Shown piece after piece: positions 35,035-45,422 of a stretch of DNA of 45,993 nucleotides (positions within the stretch are counted from its first letter, which is position 1; every line of letters starts with the position of its first letter). The position numbers and the translations under genes are program-made. The notes under the pieces were generated by a model, which saw nothing but the letters and a program-made list of their open reading frames with translations, searched no databases and was not told the DNA's origin. Source of the stretch: Octopus bimaculoides (Eukaryota). The stretch spans positions 4,452,462 to 4,498,454 of the forward strand of contig NC_068998.1 of NCBI RefSeq assembly GCF_001194135.2, in the 5' to 3' direction.

Positions 35035-35185
35035 GTGCGTTTGTGCCTGTGTTGGTGTGCTTGCGTCTCCGTATTTTTGCGGTTCGACAAAGGAGACCGA
35101 CAGAGAAAGTACCAGGCTTTAGAAAGTAAGAACTGGGATCGATTCTTTCGACTAAAATTCTTCAGGGTGGTGCACCAACATGGCG
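35035..35185 (+). mobile_element. SINE family 1 module A, diverged
   Basis: GCGGTTCGACAAAGGAGACCGACAGAGAAAGTACCAGGC...CTGGGATCGATTCTTTCGACT. Confidence 0.7.
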
Positions 35186-35238
35186 CATATATAGAGAAGC
35201 CATCGTTGCCAGGCAGCATGTATGAGTGTATGTATGTA

Positions 35239-35343
35239 TGTCATTATTCAGTTTATTTCAAGATTTCTTGCCAATAGAGAAAGAACCGGTTTCTAACCTA
35301 GATCCAAGGCTTTTTCATTGGAATTTCAACATCAACAACAGGG
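35239..35343 (+). mobile_element. Repeat G (about 105 bp, embedded in TATG microsatellites)
   Basis: High similarity to 42829-42934. Confidence 0.7.
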
Positions 35344-35510
35344 CATTTTTGTTTGTTTGCATGCATGCATGTATGTATGCGTGTATGTATGTATGTATGT
35401 ATGTATGTATGTATGTATGTATGGATGGATGGATGTATGTATGTATGGAAAACATTGATAGATGAATAGATAAATAAATAGATAGATAAATAGATAGGTA
35501 GATAGATAGA

Positions 35511-35838
35511 TAAAGGTCTCCTCCGGTCATGAATGACCATGGGATTGCACCTAGAATGTTCCCTTCCGAGGCACAAGTCTGGGAAGGTTGTTTATGGAAG
35601 ACCAGTCGCCCATGCATACCAGCCTCCCCTCTCCATGCCACCGATATTATCCAAGGGAAAGGCAAAGGGGCCGACACAGCTTGGCACCAGTGATGTCGCA
35701 ACTCATTTCTACAGTTGAGTGAACTGGAGCATCGTGAAAATAAAGTGTCTTGCTCAAGAACACAACACACAACCCGACCGGGGAATCGAGCTCACTATCT
35801 CATGATTGTGAATCCGACGCTCTAACCACTGCGCCATC
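35511..35838 (-). mobile_element. Full-length tRNA-derived CORE-like SINE (family 3) with (TATC)n tail
   Basis: A-box TGGCGCAGTGGTTAGAGC, B-box GAGCTCGATTCCC, CORE-like CTTGAGCAAGACACTTT...CCAGTTCACTCAACTGTAGAAATGAG, 3' hairpin GGTCA-TTCA-TGACC. Confidence 0.85.
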
Positions 35839-36353
35839 TTAACCGCGTTTCATTCCTCAGCCCACATACCACCACAAATACCCCAAAACACCACTACCAC
35901 CCGCCAACCATTATTATCTCGCCATTCATTCATTCATTCATTCACTCACCTCTACTTAACACCAACTATTTATTCAATAAGGCCACATTTAGTTATTTGT
36001 TGAATAATGTAATTGTATTGAGCGAATGATTGAAAGAGAAAGAGGGAGAAAGAGAGAGAGGAGAGACAGAAAGAGAGGAGGAGAGACAGAAAAAGAAAGA
36101 CAGTTTCTTGCTAGTTTTCTTCACTTCAACAACAACAAGCACCACATTATATATTTCATTTCTTTCAATAGAACAATATTTGTATTCAAAACTCTTTCTC
36201 TTACTTTCCCCCCTCTCCTCCCCCCTTTTTTTCTTTTGGCTCCAAAACTGTTTATATTTGCTTAACTTCTACTGCCTTCTTTTATTTTTCTGTGTTTGCG
36301 CTGACGCTGCTACTCACATTATGATCATTAAATTATTATTATTATCATTATTA

Positions 36354-36385
<32 letters not shown>

Positions 36386-36485
36386 GGGGCGGCGATTTAG
36401 CAAAATTGTTAGCGCGTCGGACAAAAGGCTTAGCGGCATTTCTTCCGGCTCTTTACATTCTGAGTTCAAATTCCGACGTAGGGGT
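36386..36485 (+). mobile_element. SINE family 2 head, runs into a gap
   Basis: GGGGCGGCGATTTAGCAAAATTGTTAGCGCG...TCTGAGTTCAAATTCC. Confidence 0.8.
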
Positions 36486-37487
36486 NNNNNNNNNNNNNNN
36501 NNNNNNNNNNNNNNNNNNNNNNNNNNNNNNNNNNNNNNNNNNNNNNNNNNNNNNNNNNNNNNNNNNNNNNNNNNNNNNNNNNNNNNNNNNNNNNNNNNNN
36601 NNNNNNNNNNNNNNNNNNNNNNNNNNNNNNNNNNNNNNNNNNNNNNNNNNNNNNNNNNNNNNNNNNNNNNNNNNNNNNNNNNNNNNNNNNNNNNNNNNNN
36701 NNNNNNNNNNNNNNNNNNNNNNNNNNNNNNNNNNNNNNNNNNNNNNNNNNNNNNNNNNNNNNNNNNNNNNNNNNNNNNNNNNNNNNNNNNNNNNNNNNNN
36801 NNNNNNNNNNNNNNNNNNNNNNNNNNNNNNNNNNNNNNNNNNNNNNNNNNNNNNNNNNNNNNNNNNNNNNNNNNNNNNNNNNNNNNNNNNNNNNNNNNNN
36901 NNNNNNNNNNNNNNNNNNNNNNNNNNNNNNNNNNNNNNNNNNNNNNNNNNNNNNNNNNNNNNNNNNNNNNNNNNNNNNNNNNNNNNNNNNNNNNNNNNNN
37001 NNNNNNNNNNNNNNNNNNNNNNNNNNNNNNNNNNNNNNNNNNNNNNNNNNNNNNNNNNNNNNNNNNNNNNNNNNNNNNNNNNNNNNNNNNNNNNNNNNNN
37101 NNNNNNNNNNNNNNNNNNNNNNNNNNNNNNNNNNNNNNNNNNNNNNNNNNNNNNNNNNNNNNNNNNNNNNNNNNNNNNNNNNNNNNNNNNNNNNNNNNNN
37201 NNNNNNNNNNNNNNNNNNNNNNNNNNNNNNNNNNNNNNNNNNNNNNNNNNNNNNNNNNNNNNNNNNNNNNNNNNNNNNNNNNNNNNNNNNNNNNNNNNNN
37301 NNNNNNNNNNNNNNNNNNNNNNNNNNNNNNNNNNNNNNNNNNNNNNNNNNNNNNNNNNNNNNNNNNNNNNNNNNNNNNNNNNNNNNNNNNNNNNNNNNNN
37401 NNNNNNNNNNNNNNNNNNNNNATGTTTGTTGTTTACACACCTGTCTTCATCTTTTATTTTGTCTTTTGTTTTTTTTGCAAATTCCAT

Positions 37488-37519
<32 letters not shown>

Positions 37520-37521
<2 letters not shown>

Positions 37522-37680
37522 CGGGCTTCTTTCACTTTCCGTCTACGAAATCCACTCACAAGGCTTTGGTCGGCCTGAAGCTATAACAGAAGACACTTGC
37601 CCACGGTTCCACGCTGTGGGACTGAACCCAGAACCATGTGGTTGGGAAGCAAGCTTCTTACCACACTGCCACGCCCACGC
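37520..37680 (-). mobile_element. SINE family 1 module B, complete head
   Basis: ACGGGCTTCTTTCAC...CACTCACAAGGCTTTGGTCGGCC...AAGCTTCTTACCACACTGCCACGCC. Confidence 0.9.
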
Positions 37681-37739
37681 TTACCGTTCATAAAATTTAT
37701 TGAAGCACAGCATCAACCTCTCTTTCTTCACATTCTTAC

Positions 37740-37761
37740 CTAAAGATGATGAAGTCATAGG
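37740..37761 (-). other. Candidate 22-nt microexon (CCTATGACTTCATCATCTTTAG)
   Basis: Strong acceptor GTTTTTTTCTCTTAG and donor AG|GTAAGA; reads xYDFIIF(R/S) or PMTSSSL. Confidence 0.35.
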
Positions 37762-38071
37762 CTAAGAGAAAAAAACCCTGACCCAAANNNNNNNNNNNNN
37801 NNNNNNNNNNNNNNNNNNNNNNNNNNNNNNNNNNNNNNNNNNNNNNNNNNNNNNNNNNNNNNNNNNNNNNNNNNNNNNNNNNNNNNNNNNNNNNNNNNNN
37901 NNNNNNNNNNNNNNNNNNNNNNNNNNNNNNNNNNNNNNNNNNNNNNNNNNNNNNNNNNNNNNNNNNNNNNNNNNNNNNNNNNNNNNNNNNNNNNNNNNNN
38001 NNNNNNNNNNNNNNNNNNNNNNNNNNNNNNNNNNNNNNNNNNNNNNNNNNNNNNNNNNNNNNNNNNNNNNN

Positions 38072-38123
<52 letters not shown>

Positions 38124-38141
38124 GTTATTATTATCAACATC

Positions 38142-38665
38142 ATTATTCTGGTGGCTGTGGCGAAAGAGGTTTGGTGGACAAGGCTGAAAGGCATGAGGAC
38201 AGATATATTCCTCTTTGGTAGAGTTCTCATTGACTTCTTCAAGTTTCACTTGAAAAGTTAATTGAGAGTGGAGTGGCAAGTGCTGTCCTCCTCGAGTGAG
38301 TTTATTGAAAGGTGAGTGAAAGTTGCGAAAATGGCGAGAGTGGGTGGTACCTCTCTAAGTGTAGACCTCTAAGTCGGAGAGAAGGAATTGGAGAGGGCAA
38401 TTGCTCTCGGTGTTCAGGGAAATCTCAGTGTTCAGTGGGGTTCCTCGATTATCCCTAGAGGTCATCCTGTATCAGGAGGGCCACATCTCTGTCATCCTCC
38501 CCGCCATTTTGTAAACTTTTGTATGCTATGCATGTGTCCCTTCTTTTTCAGTCTATACCGTATATACTTTCTTTCTTTCATTTTTTTCATCATTTCATTA
38601 TATGTAAACCCCTACGCTTTATGTCTATGTCTGTATTGTCCCCCAATGGCAAATAAATGAAATCA
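38142..38665 (+). mobile_element. 5'-truncated Tx1/L1-like LINE: ORF2 C-terminus (to stop at 38372) plus 3' UTR
   Basis: ILVAVAKEVWWTRLKG...LIDFFKFHLKS*LRVEWQVL...EFIER*VKVAKMARVGGTSLSVDL* fits the L1/Tx1 C-terminal pattern AKxxxWxxR...F...RW; AATAAA at about 38652 followed by (ATC)n(ATT)n. Confidence 0.65.
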
Positions 38666-38683
38666 TCATCATCATCATCATCA

Positions 38684-38765
<82 letters not shown>

Positions 38766-39258
38766 CACCACCACCACCACCACCACAATACTGTCACAAT
38801 GACTCGCTCAGTGTTACTTCTCTTAGCTTTAAAATNNNNNNNNNNNNNNNNNNNNNNNNNNNNNNNNNNNNNNNNNNNNNNNNNNNNNNNNNNNNNNNNN
38901 NNNNNNNNNNNNNNNNNNNNNNNNNNNNNNNNNNNNNNNNNNNNNNNNNNNNNNNNNNNNNNNNNNNNNNNNNNNNNNNNNNNNNNNNNNNNNNNNNNNN
39001 NNNNNNNNNNNNNNNNNNNNNNNNNNNNNNNNNNNNNNNNNNNTTTAAAGCTATGACTTTGCAGAATGAAAAATACAAATAGAGCGAAGTATCGAGAAAT
39101 AGAAAGTGAGAAAGAGGTATACGAAAGAAGAGGAAGGGTTGAAATGGCAGACCCCTAAATAAGGAGTAGGAATGGTAGAACTATAAAACATAAATTCAGC
39201 ACTGTGGTGGAAGCGGAGAATCGAAACTAGCAACATAAAAATGCAAAGAGACTACAAG

Positions 39259-39303
<45 letters not shown>

Positions 39304-39536
39304 CATACACGCAAATGGTTATGCATACGCAAGTTGTGTATACGTACACATCTATACACATACATAGTTGTACTTGTGAGCATGCGTATGTTTGTGCACA
39401 TGTATATGAAATTTTGAGAATAAAAAGCGTTTGAATATATATGCAAATATATATTTATATATACATATTTATTACGTATATACCTATTCATATACAGACG
39501 TGTATATGTCTACGTATCTCTGTATGTGTGTATGTG

Positions 39537-39595
<59 letters not shown>

Positions 39596-40179
39596 GGTGG
39601 TGCATCAGCATGGCCGCAGCTCTAAGCTGAAACTTAAGAAAAAAAAAATATATATATATATATACATATATATATACATATATATATACACACACACACA
39701 TATACGCACCTTATACACGTGTTTTATGCCTGCCTACATATGTGGTGAAAGTGTATTGAAGTCTAACAGGTGTTTAATTCGGTAACTTACCGTCAATATT
39801 GTATACACTGTTTCAGGCTGTATATTACTATATTGTTCCACTGAATCTATACACCTGTTTATGCTTTCACATCACCGACTTTTCAGTTTTCACGATGTCT
39901 TATAATCTTTATAACCAGCCAACATTACCATTTTACACAATGACCCTTTTTCTTCTTCTTCTTCTCTCTTTCTCTATCACCCCTTATAGCTGTATGACTC
40001 TTTCATTGTGCCTGTCTATCACGCTACTTAATTATATATGTGATTGTGTGTGTGTGTGTGTGTGTGTGATTGCGAGATGTCTGTGGGGTAAGCGTATTGT
40101 GACACACATATATATATGTATGCGTGTGCGCATCTCTCTCCTCTCTTTCTCTGTCTCTTTGGTGTGTGTGTGTGAGTAA

Positions 40180-40273
<94 letters not shown>

Positions 40274-41045
40274 GGAAGGACTGTATGCGTGGCTACAAGT
40301 TATATCTCTGTGTTCTAGATTTATATCATTAATTCACCCGAACACGTTTTCAGTTTTCTATGAATGAATACCTACATACATACATACATATATATATATG
40401 TTATAGATATAGATATATATATGAGAGAAAGACACAGACAGACAGAGTGCATATATATGTTTGTGTGTATATATATATATATATACACTTACAATATTTA
40501 TAGTTTGCAGTATGTCTGTGCGTACGAATGTATATAAAGCCCCACTGAAATAAAAGTTATCAACAAGTTGGTTATTCATTCTTTAACAGATAAATTCCTC
40601 CATTTTGAATCTGTGTTCTGTCGTGTCTTATAGAAATATGTGACATTCTTTAAAAACAAAAGCCATTCAAATAATAAACAGGCCAGATTGGCTCTTGTCA
40701 AACTGTAACTTGTAAATATAGAAGTTGAAAACAACAAAATGTAAAAACTATACGTAAGACGCTCACATGGACACGCACACACACACTTGCATATTTACGT
40801 GTATGTGGACACACATTCACATACAACTATATATGTGTGTGTGTGTATGTATGCATGTATATGTGTAAGTATGTATTTTAATACATGTACATACGTAATG
40901 GCGTAAATGACTGTGTTCACGCAGAATTAGGATTTAGAAGTGCCATGGCTCCGTGTTCGATTCCAGTCCGTAATATTGTAGGAAAATTGTTTTATCATGG
41001 TTTCGTTTGAATGAAATTTGGTAGAGGGGATCTTGCGTGGAAAAT

Positions 41046-41488
41046 TATTATTTTTGTTTTGTACTCTAGGCACAAGGCCTGAAATTTTTGGGGAGGGGGC
41101 CAGTCGATTAGATCGACCCCAGTACGCAACTGGTTCTTAATTTATCGATCCCGAGGGGATGAAATGCAAAGTCGACCTCGGCGGAATTTGAACTCAGAAT
41201 GTAAAGACATACGAAATACCGCTAAGCATTTCACCTGGCATGCTAAAGTTTCTTATTTCTTTATTGCCCACAAGGGGCTAAACATATAGGGGACAAGCAA
41301 GGACAGACAAAGGGGATTAAGTCGATTACACCGACCCCAGTGCAAAACTGGTACTTAATTTATCGACCTCCGAAAGGATGAAAGGCAAAGTCGACCTCGG
41401 CGGAATTTGAACTCAGAACGTAACGGCAGACGAAATACCGCTAAGCATTTCGCCCGGCGTGCTAACGTCTCTGCCAGCTCACAGCCCT
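41046..41488 (-). mobile_element. Tandem dimer of SINE family 2 (two different tails) within one 15-bp TSD
   Basis: TCTTGCGTGGAAAAT at 41031-41045 and 41489-41503; monomers about 41063-41253 and 41254-41482. Confidence 0.9.
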
Positions 41489-42649
41489 TCTTGCGTGGAA
41501 AATCAATGACTGAAATGGTAAAACCTAGAACTGATAACACGATACACTGTGAGATAAAATTCAGAACCACAGATTTATGAACAGAACTGCTTAACCATTG
41601 GACTGCGCAAGGCTTGCACACCTACGCACACGCGCACACGTACAAGCACCTGCACATACTCACTCACACGTACTTATGAATACCCGAAGGCCTTTTGTCC
41701 GGCACCCAACCCATTAACATCCGGTGCCCGCGAGTAATAAAGAACAATTAAGCTGAAAAAATATATCGATGATGAAAGTAGAAATATTAAAAAAAAAAAA
41801 ATAATTAAGAGCCTCCCCCAGCAAAAAAAAAAAGAAAAATAGAAACATGAAGGAAGAAAATTTAAAGGAGCGATAAAAGAAACAAGAATAAAAAATAAAA
41901 GTAAGGATTGGAAAAATCCTGAAGAATGAAAAAGAAGCGAAAGAATACCGAAAAGAATTTAAAAAAAAAACAAAGAAAGAGAAGGAAAGTAGCCGGTCAA
42001 AGAATGGTAAAAGGAGTGGAAGGAACAATGAAAGAAATAGACAAAGAAGTTTCCAATGCAATAATTGGCTTCATTCTTTGACTAAATGGTTTTCAGNNNN
42101 NNNNNNNNNNNNNNNNNNNNNNNNNNNNNNNNNNNNNNNNNNNNNNNNNNNNNNNNNNNNNNNNNNNNNNNNNNNNNNNNNNNNNNNNNNNNNNNNNNNN
42201 NNNNNNNNNNNNNNNNNNNNNNNNNNNNNNNNNNNNNNNNNNNNNNNNNNNNNNNNNNNNNNNNNNNNNNNNNNNNNNNNNNNNNNNNNNNNNNNNNNNN
42301 NNNNNNNNNNNNNNNNNNNNNNNNNNNNNNNNNNNNNNNNNNNNNNNNNNNNNNNNNNNNNNNNNNNNNNNNNNNNNNNNNNNNNNNNNNNNNNNNNNNN
42401 NNNNNNNNNNNNNNNNNNNNNNNNNNNNNNNNNNNNNNNNNNNNNNNNNNNNNNNNNNNNNNNNNNNNNNNNNNNNNNNNNNNNNNNNNNNNNNNNNNNN
42501 NNNNNNNNNNNNNNNNNNNNNNNNNNNNNNNNNNNNNNNNNNNNNNNNNNNNNNNNNNNNNNNNNNNNNNNNNNNNNNNNNNNNNNNNNNNNNNNNNNNN
42601 NNNNNNNNNNNNNNNNNNNNNNNNNNNNNNNNNNNNNNNNNNNNNNNNN

Positions 42650-42699
<50 letters not shown>

Positions 42700-42704
42700 G
42701 TGTA

Positions 42705-42743
<39 letters not shown>

Positions 42744-42763
42744 GTGTGTGTGCGTGCGTATGC

Positions 42764-42797
<34 letters not shown>

Positions 42798-42828
42798 GTA
42801 TGTACGTATGTGTGTGCGCGTGTGTGTA

Positions 42829-42934
42829 TGTCATTATTCAGTTTTATTTCAAGACTTCTTGCCAATGGAGAAAGAACCGGTTTCTAACTAAATTCAAGGC
42901 TCCTTCAGTGGAACTTCAACATCAACAACAGGGT
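42829..42934 (+). mobile_element. Repeat G
   Basis: Matches 35239-35343. Confidence 0.7.
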
Positions 42935-43065
42935 ATGTATGTATGTATGTATGTATATAAAAAAACACAATCTAGTGTTATTAGTGGTAGTTACTATCGG
43001 TAAAAATTATATTCATTGATTAACTATAACATTTCTGAGTTTATTTGCCGTTGGATGAAGAATTT

Positions 43066-43096
43066 CTCACGTTTCGGACAATGGACTTTCATCGTT
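43066..43096 (-). other. Degenerate hammerhead-like motif
   Basis: ACGATGA-A-AGTCC-ATT-GTCC-GAAACGT-G; same ATT loop and GAAACGT as the 15488 motif, core mutated. Confidence 0.25.
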
Positions 43097-43515
43097 TTTT
43101 TCTGCTTTTTTTTAGAGTAATTTTTTTTCTTTGCACTTAGTCCATTAGAGTTTGAACACAGAGAAGGAGGACAAGAAATAAGAGAGCTGATATTTATGTA
43201 TATGTATAAGGAGAGTAGTAGAGAGAGAGAAAGAAAATTTAGCTGGTGAGATGAGGAACTTGAAAGCCAAACGGAAGAAAAACAAATATGAAAAGAGTGA
43301 GCAAAGTTAAGAGCGATAAGAGTGGACGAGTCAAAACGGTAAGGAAAAACCCATTTTTAAGGGGTGGCAGGCGATTTCCCTTAGATATAAGGGGAAGACA
43401 GTGCCTAGGGCGAGTGTGATGTATTTCTCTTTGTGCCTCCTAGAGCGTACATGATGCCAAAGTTGCTTCTATACTCAATACAGTGTATGTAAGTGCACAT
43501 ATATGTATGTGAAGG

Positions 43516-43557
<42 letters not shown>

Positions 43558-43584
43558 TGTGTGTGTGTGTGTGTATCTTTGTGT

Positions 43585-43740
43585 GTAGACGTGGCTCTGT
43601 ACTAAGAGGTATGCTTTACCAACCACACGTTTCTGGATTCAGTCTCCCTGCGAGGCACCTTGGGCGAATGTCTTCTAAAGGCAATGAAGCCGGAACCATG
43701 TGGTTGCTAAGCAAACATCACACCACATAGCCACGCCTAC
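43585..43740. mobile_element. Two family 1 SINE heads in inverted orientation
   Basis: 43585-43677 (+) and 43685-43740 (-); arms match at about 42 of 57 positions by hand alignment. Confidence 0.75.
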
Positions 43741-43789
43741 GTAATTGTGTGTGTGTGTGTGTAAGTGTGTGTCTTAGTGTTTTCCCTCC

Positions 43790-43929
43790 ACTACTGCTTC
43801 AGAACCGGTGTCAGGTTTAGAAGAAAAAAAAAAGCGGGGGGGACTGAGGTTAATTTGTTTGATTATAACCCTTCAAGGCAGTGCCCCAGCATGACCGCAG
43901 TGTAATGACTGAAACAAGAGAAAAGAGAT
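43790..43929 (+). mobile_element. SINE family 1 module A, deleted and diverged
   Basis: GCAGTGCCCCAGCATGACCGCAGTGTAATGACTGAAACAAG. Confidence 0.6.
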
Positions 43930-43973
43930 GCATAATGTACGAATATATGTCTATGCACTAGTAGACACGTCTG

Positions 43974-44021
<48 letters not shown>

Positions 44022-44328
44022 GTGTATGCATATATGTGTATGCGTATAAATATATATATGTGTGTGCATGTGTGTACTTGTAAACATGTATTATAAAACC
44101 ATGTGCTGTTAAGTGCATTGCCCCAATCTCGCTGCACCTCATCCTGCGCGACACACCACAGACCCACCCGCTTCCTTGCTGATGCTCTTAACACATGTTT
44201 CTCTTTGTGACATCACCAAAGTTGTCAACGAACCAGAATACGATAACAGCAATTAGCAGTCACCCATCTCCTGTTTATGAAACCAATAATTATCATTAAT
44301 TTATTTATTGAAATATTTATCCTCTGCT

Positions 44329-44333
44329 ACTAC

Positions 44334-44369
<36 letters not shown>

Positions 44370-44386
44370 CATTATTATTATTATTG

Positions 44387-44457
<71 letters not shown>

Positions 44458-44490
44458 GTTATCGTTATTGTTATTATTATTGTTATTATT
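44329..44490. repeat. (ATT)n microsatellite
   Basis: Direct reading. Confidence 0.95.
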
Positions 44491-44972
44491 AATAAAAATA
44501 ATTAGTGATGTATAATGTGTGCGTCAATACATTGTACGACAAAGTACTTTATCGCCCGACGGTGCCAGGAATGTGAAACTCTGGAGAATCGGTTTGTGAA
44601 AATCCGGCACGGAATAATCGGCTTTGCCTTATCAAAGAAATTTAATTTGTATCTGCAAGGATCGTTGGACGAATCTTCATTTTGGATTAAAGTCTGCAAG
44701 ATAATTATTAAATTCTTCGTATTTCACAGACTGCATATTTTAATTGACCGCTATCGCGCTTGTGTGTGTGGTGGGAGGAGACGTATACATGCACACAAAT
44801 ACAGAGCCAACCAAAAGGTGCATACACAATTCAAGAAGAAGAAGAAGAAGAATATAAACGTGTACAAATAGCTTAATACATTTTTTCACGCATCACAGTA
44901 TTACTATTAGTTACCTTTTAACCCCCCTCTCTCTCTCCCCTCTCTCTTTTTTTCTCTCTCTCTCTCTCTCTG

Positions 44973-45004
<32 letters not shown>

Positions 45005-45061
45005 CACACATATATATATATNNNNNNNNNNNNNNNNNNNNNNNNNNNNNNNNNNNNNNNN

Positions 45062-45422
45062 GGTTAGGGCACCGGACTCGCGGTCGTGGGATCGCAGTTT
45101 CGATTTCTAGACCGGGCGTTGTGAGTGTTTATTGAGCGAAAATACCCAAAACTCCACGACGCTCCAGCAGGGGGTGGTGGCGAACCCTGCTGTACTCTTT
45201 CACCACAACGTTCTCTCACTCTTCCTGTTTCTGTTGTACCTGCATTTCAAAGGGCCAGCCTTGTCCCACTCTGTGTCCCGCTGAATATCCCCGAGAACTA
45301 CGTTAAGGGTACACGTGTCTGTGGAGTGCTCAGCCACTTACACGTTAATTTCACGAGCAGGCTGTTCCGTTGATCGGATCAACTGGAACCCTCGTCGTCG
45401 TAACCGACGGAGTGCCACAACA
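45062..45422 (+). mobile_element. CpG-rich tRNA-derived SINE (family 4); 5' end in gap
   Basis: tRNA-like GGTTAGGGCACCGGACTCGCGGTCGTGGGATCGCAGTTTCGATT, two 3' hairpins, ends at (AT)n; single copy in this window. Confidence 0.6.

Noticed and set aside
35838-35862. CTGAGGA-AT-GAAACGCGG on the minus strand
   Set aside because: No helix II or helix I pairing; likely chance.
39791-39840. Minus-strand exon candidate EQYSNIQPETVYTILT with ACG|GTAAGT donor
   Set aside because: No polypyrimidine acceptor; peptide not recognisable.
41700-42060. A-rich purine tract with a hydrophobic minus-strand ORF
   Set aside because: Low complexity next to a gap; probably poor-quality sequence.
1750-43003. Long ORFs of 150-518 aa in the supplied track
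   Set aside because: They consist of X from N-gaps plus YI/CV/HT dipeptide or homopolymer runs from microsatellites.
4411-45422. tRNA-like sequences as tRNA genes
   Set aside because: They lack a complete cloverleaf and are fused to SINE bodies.
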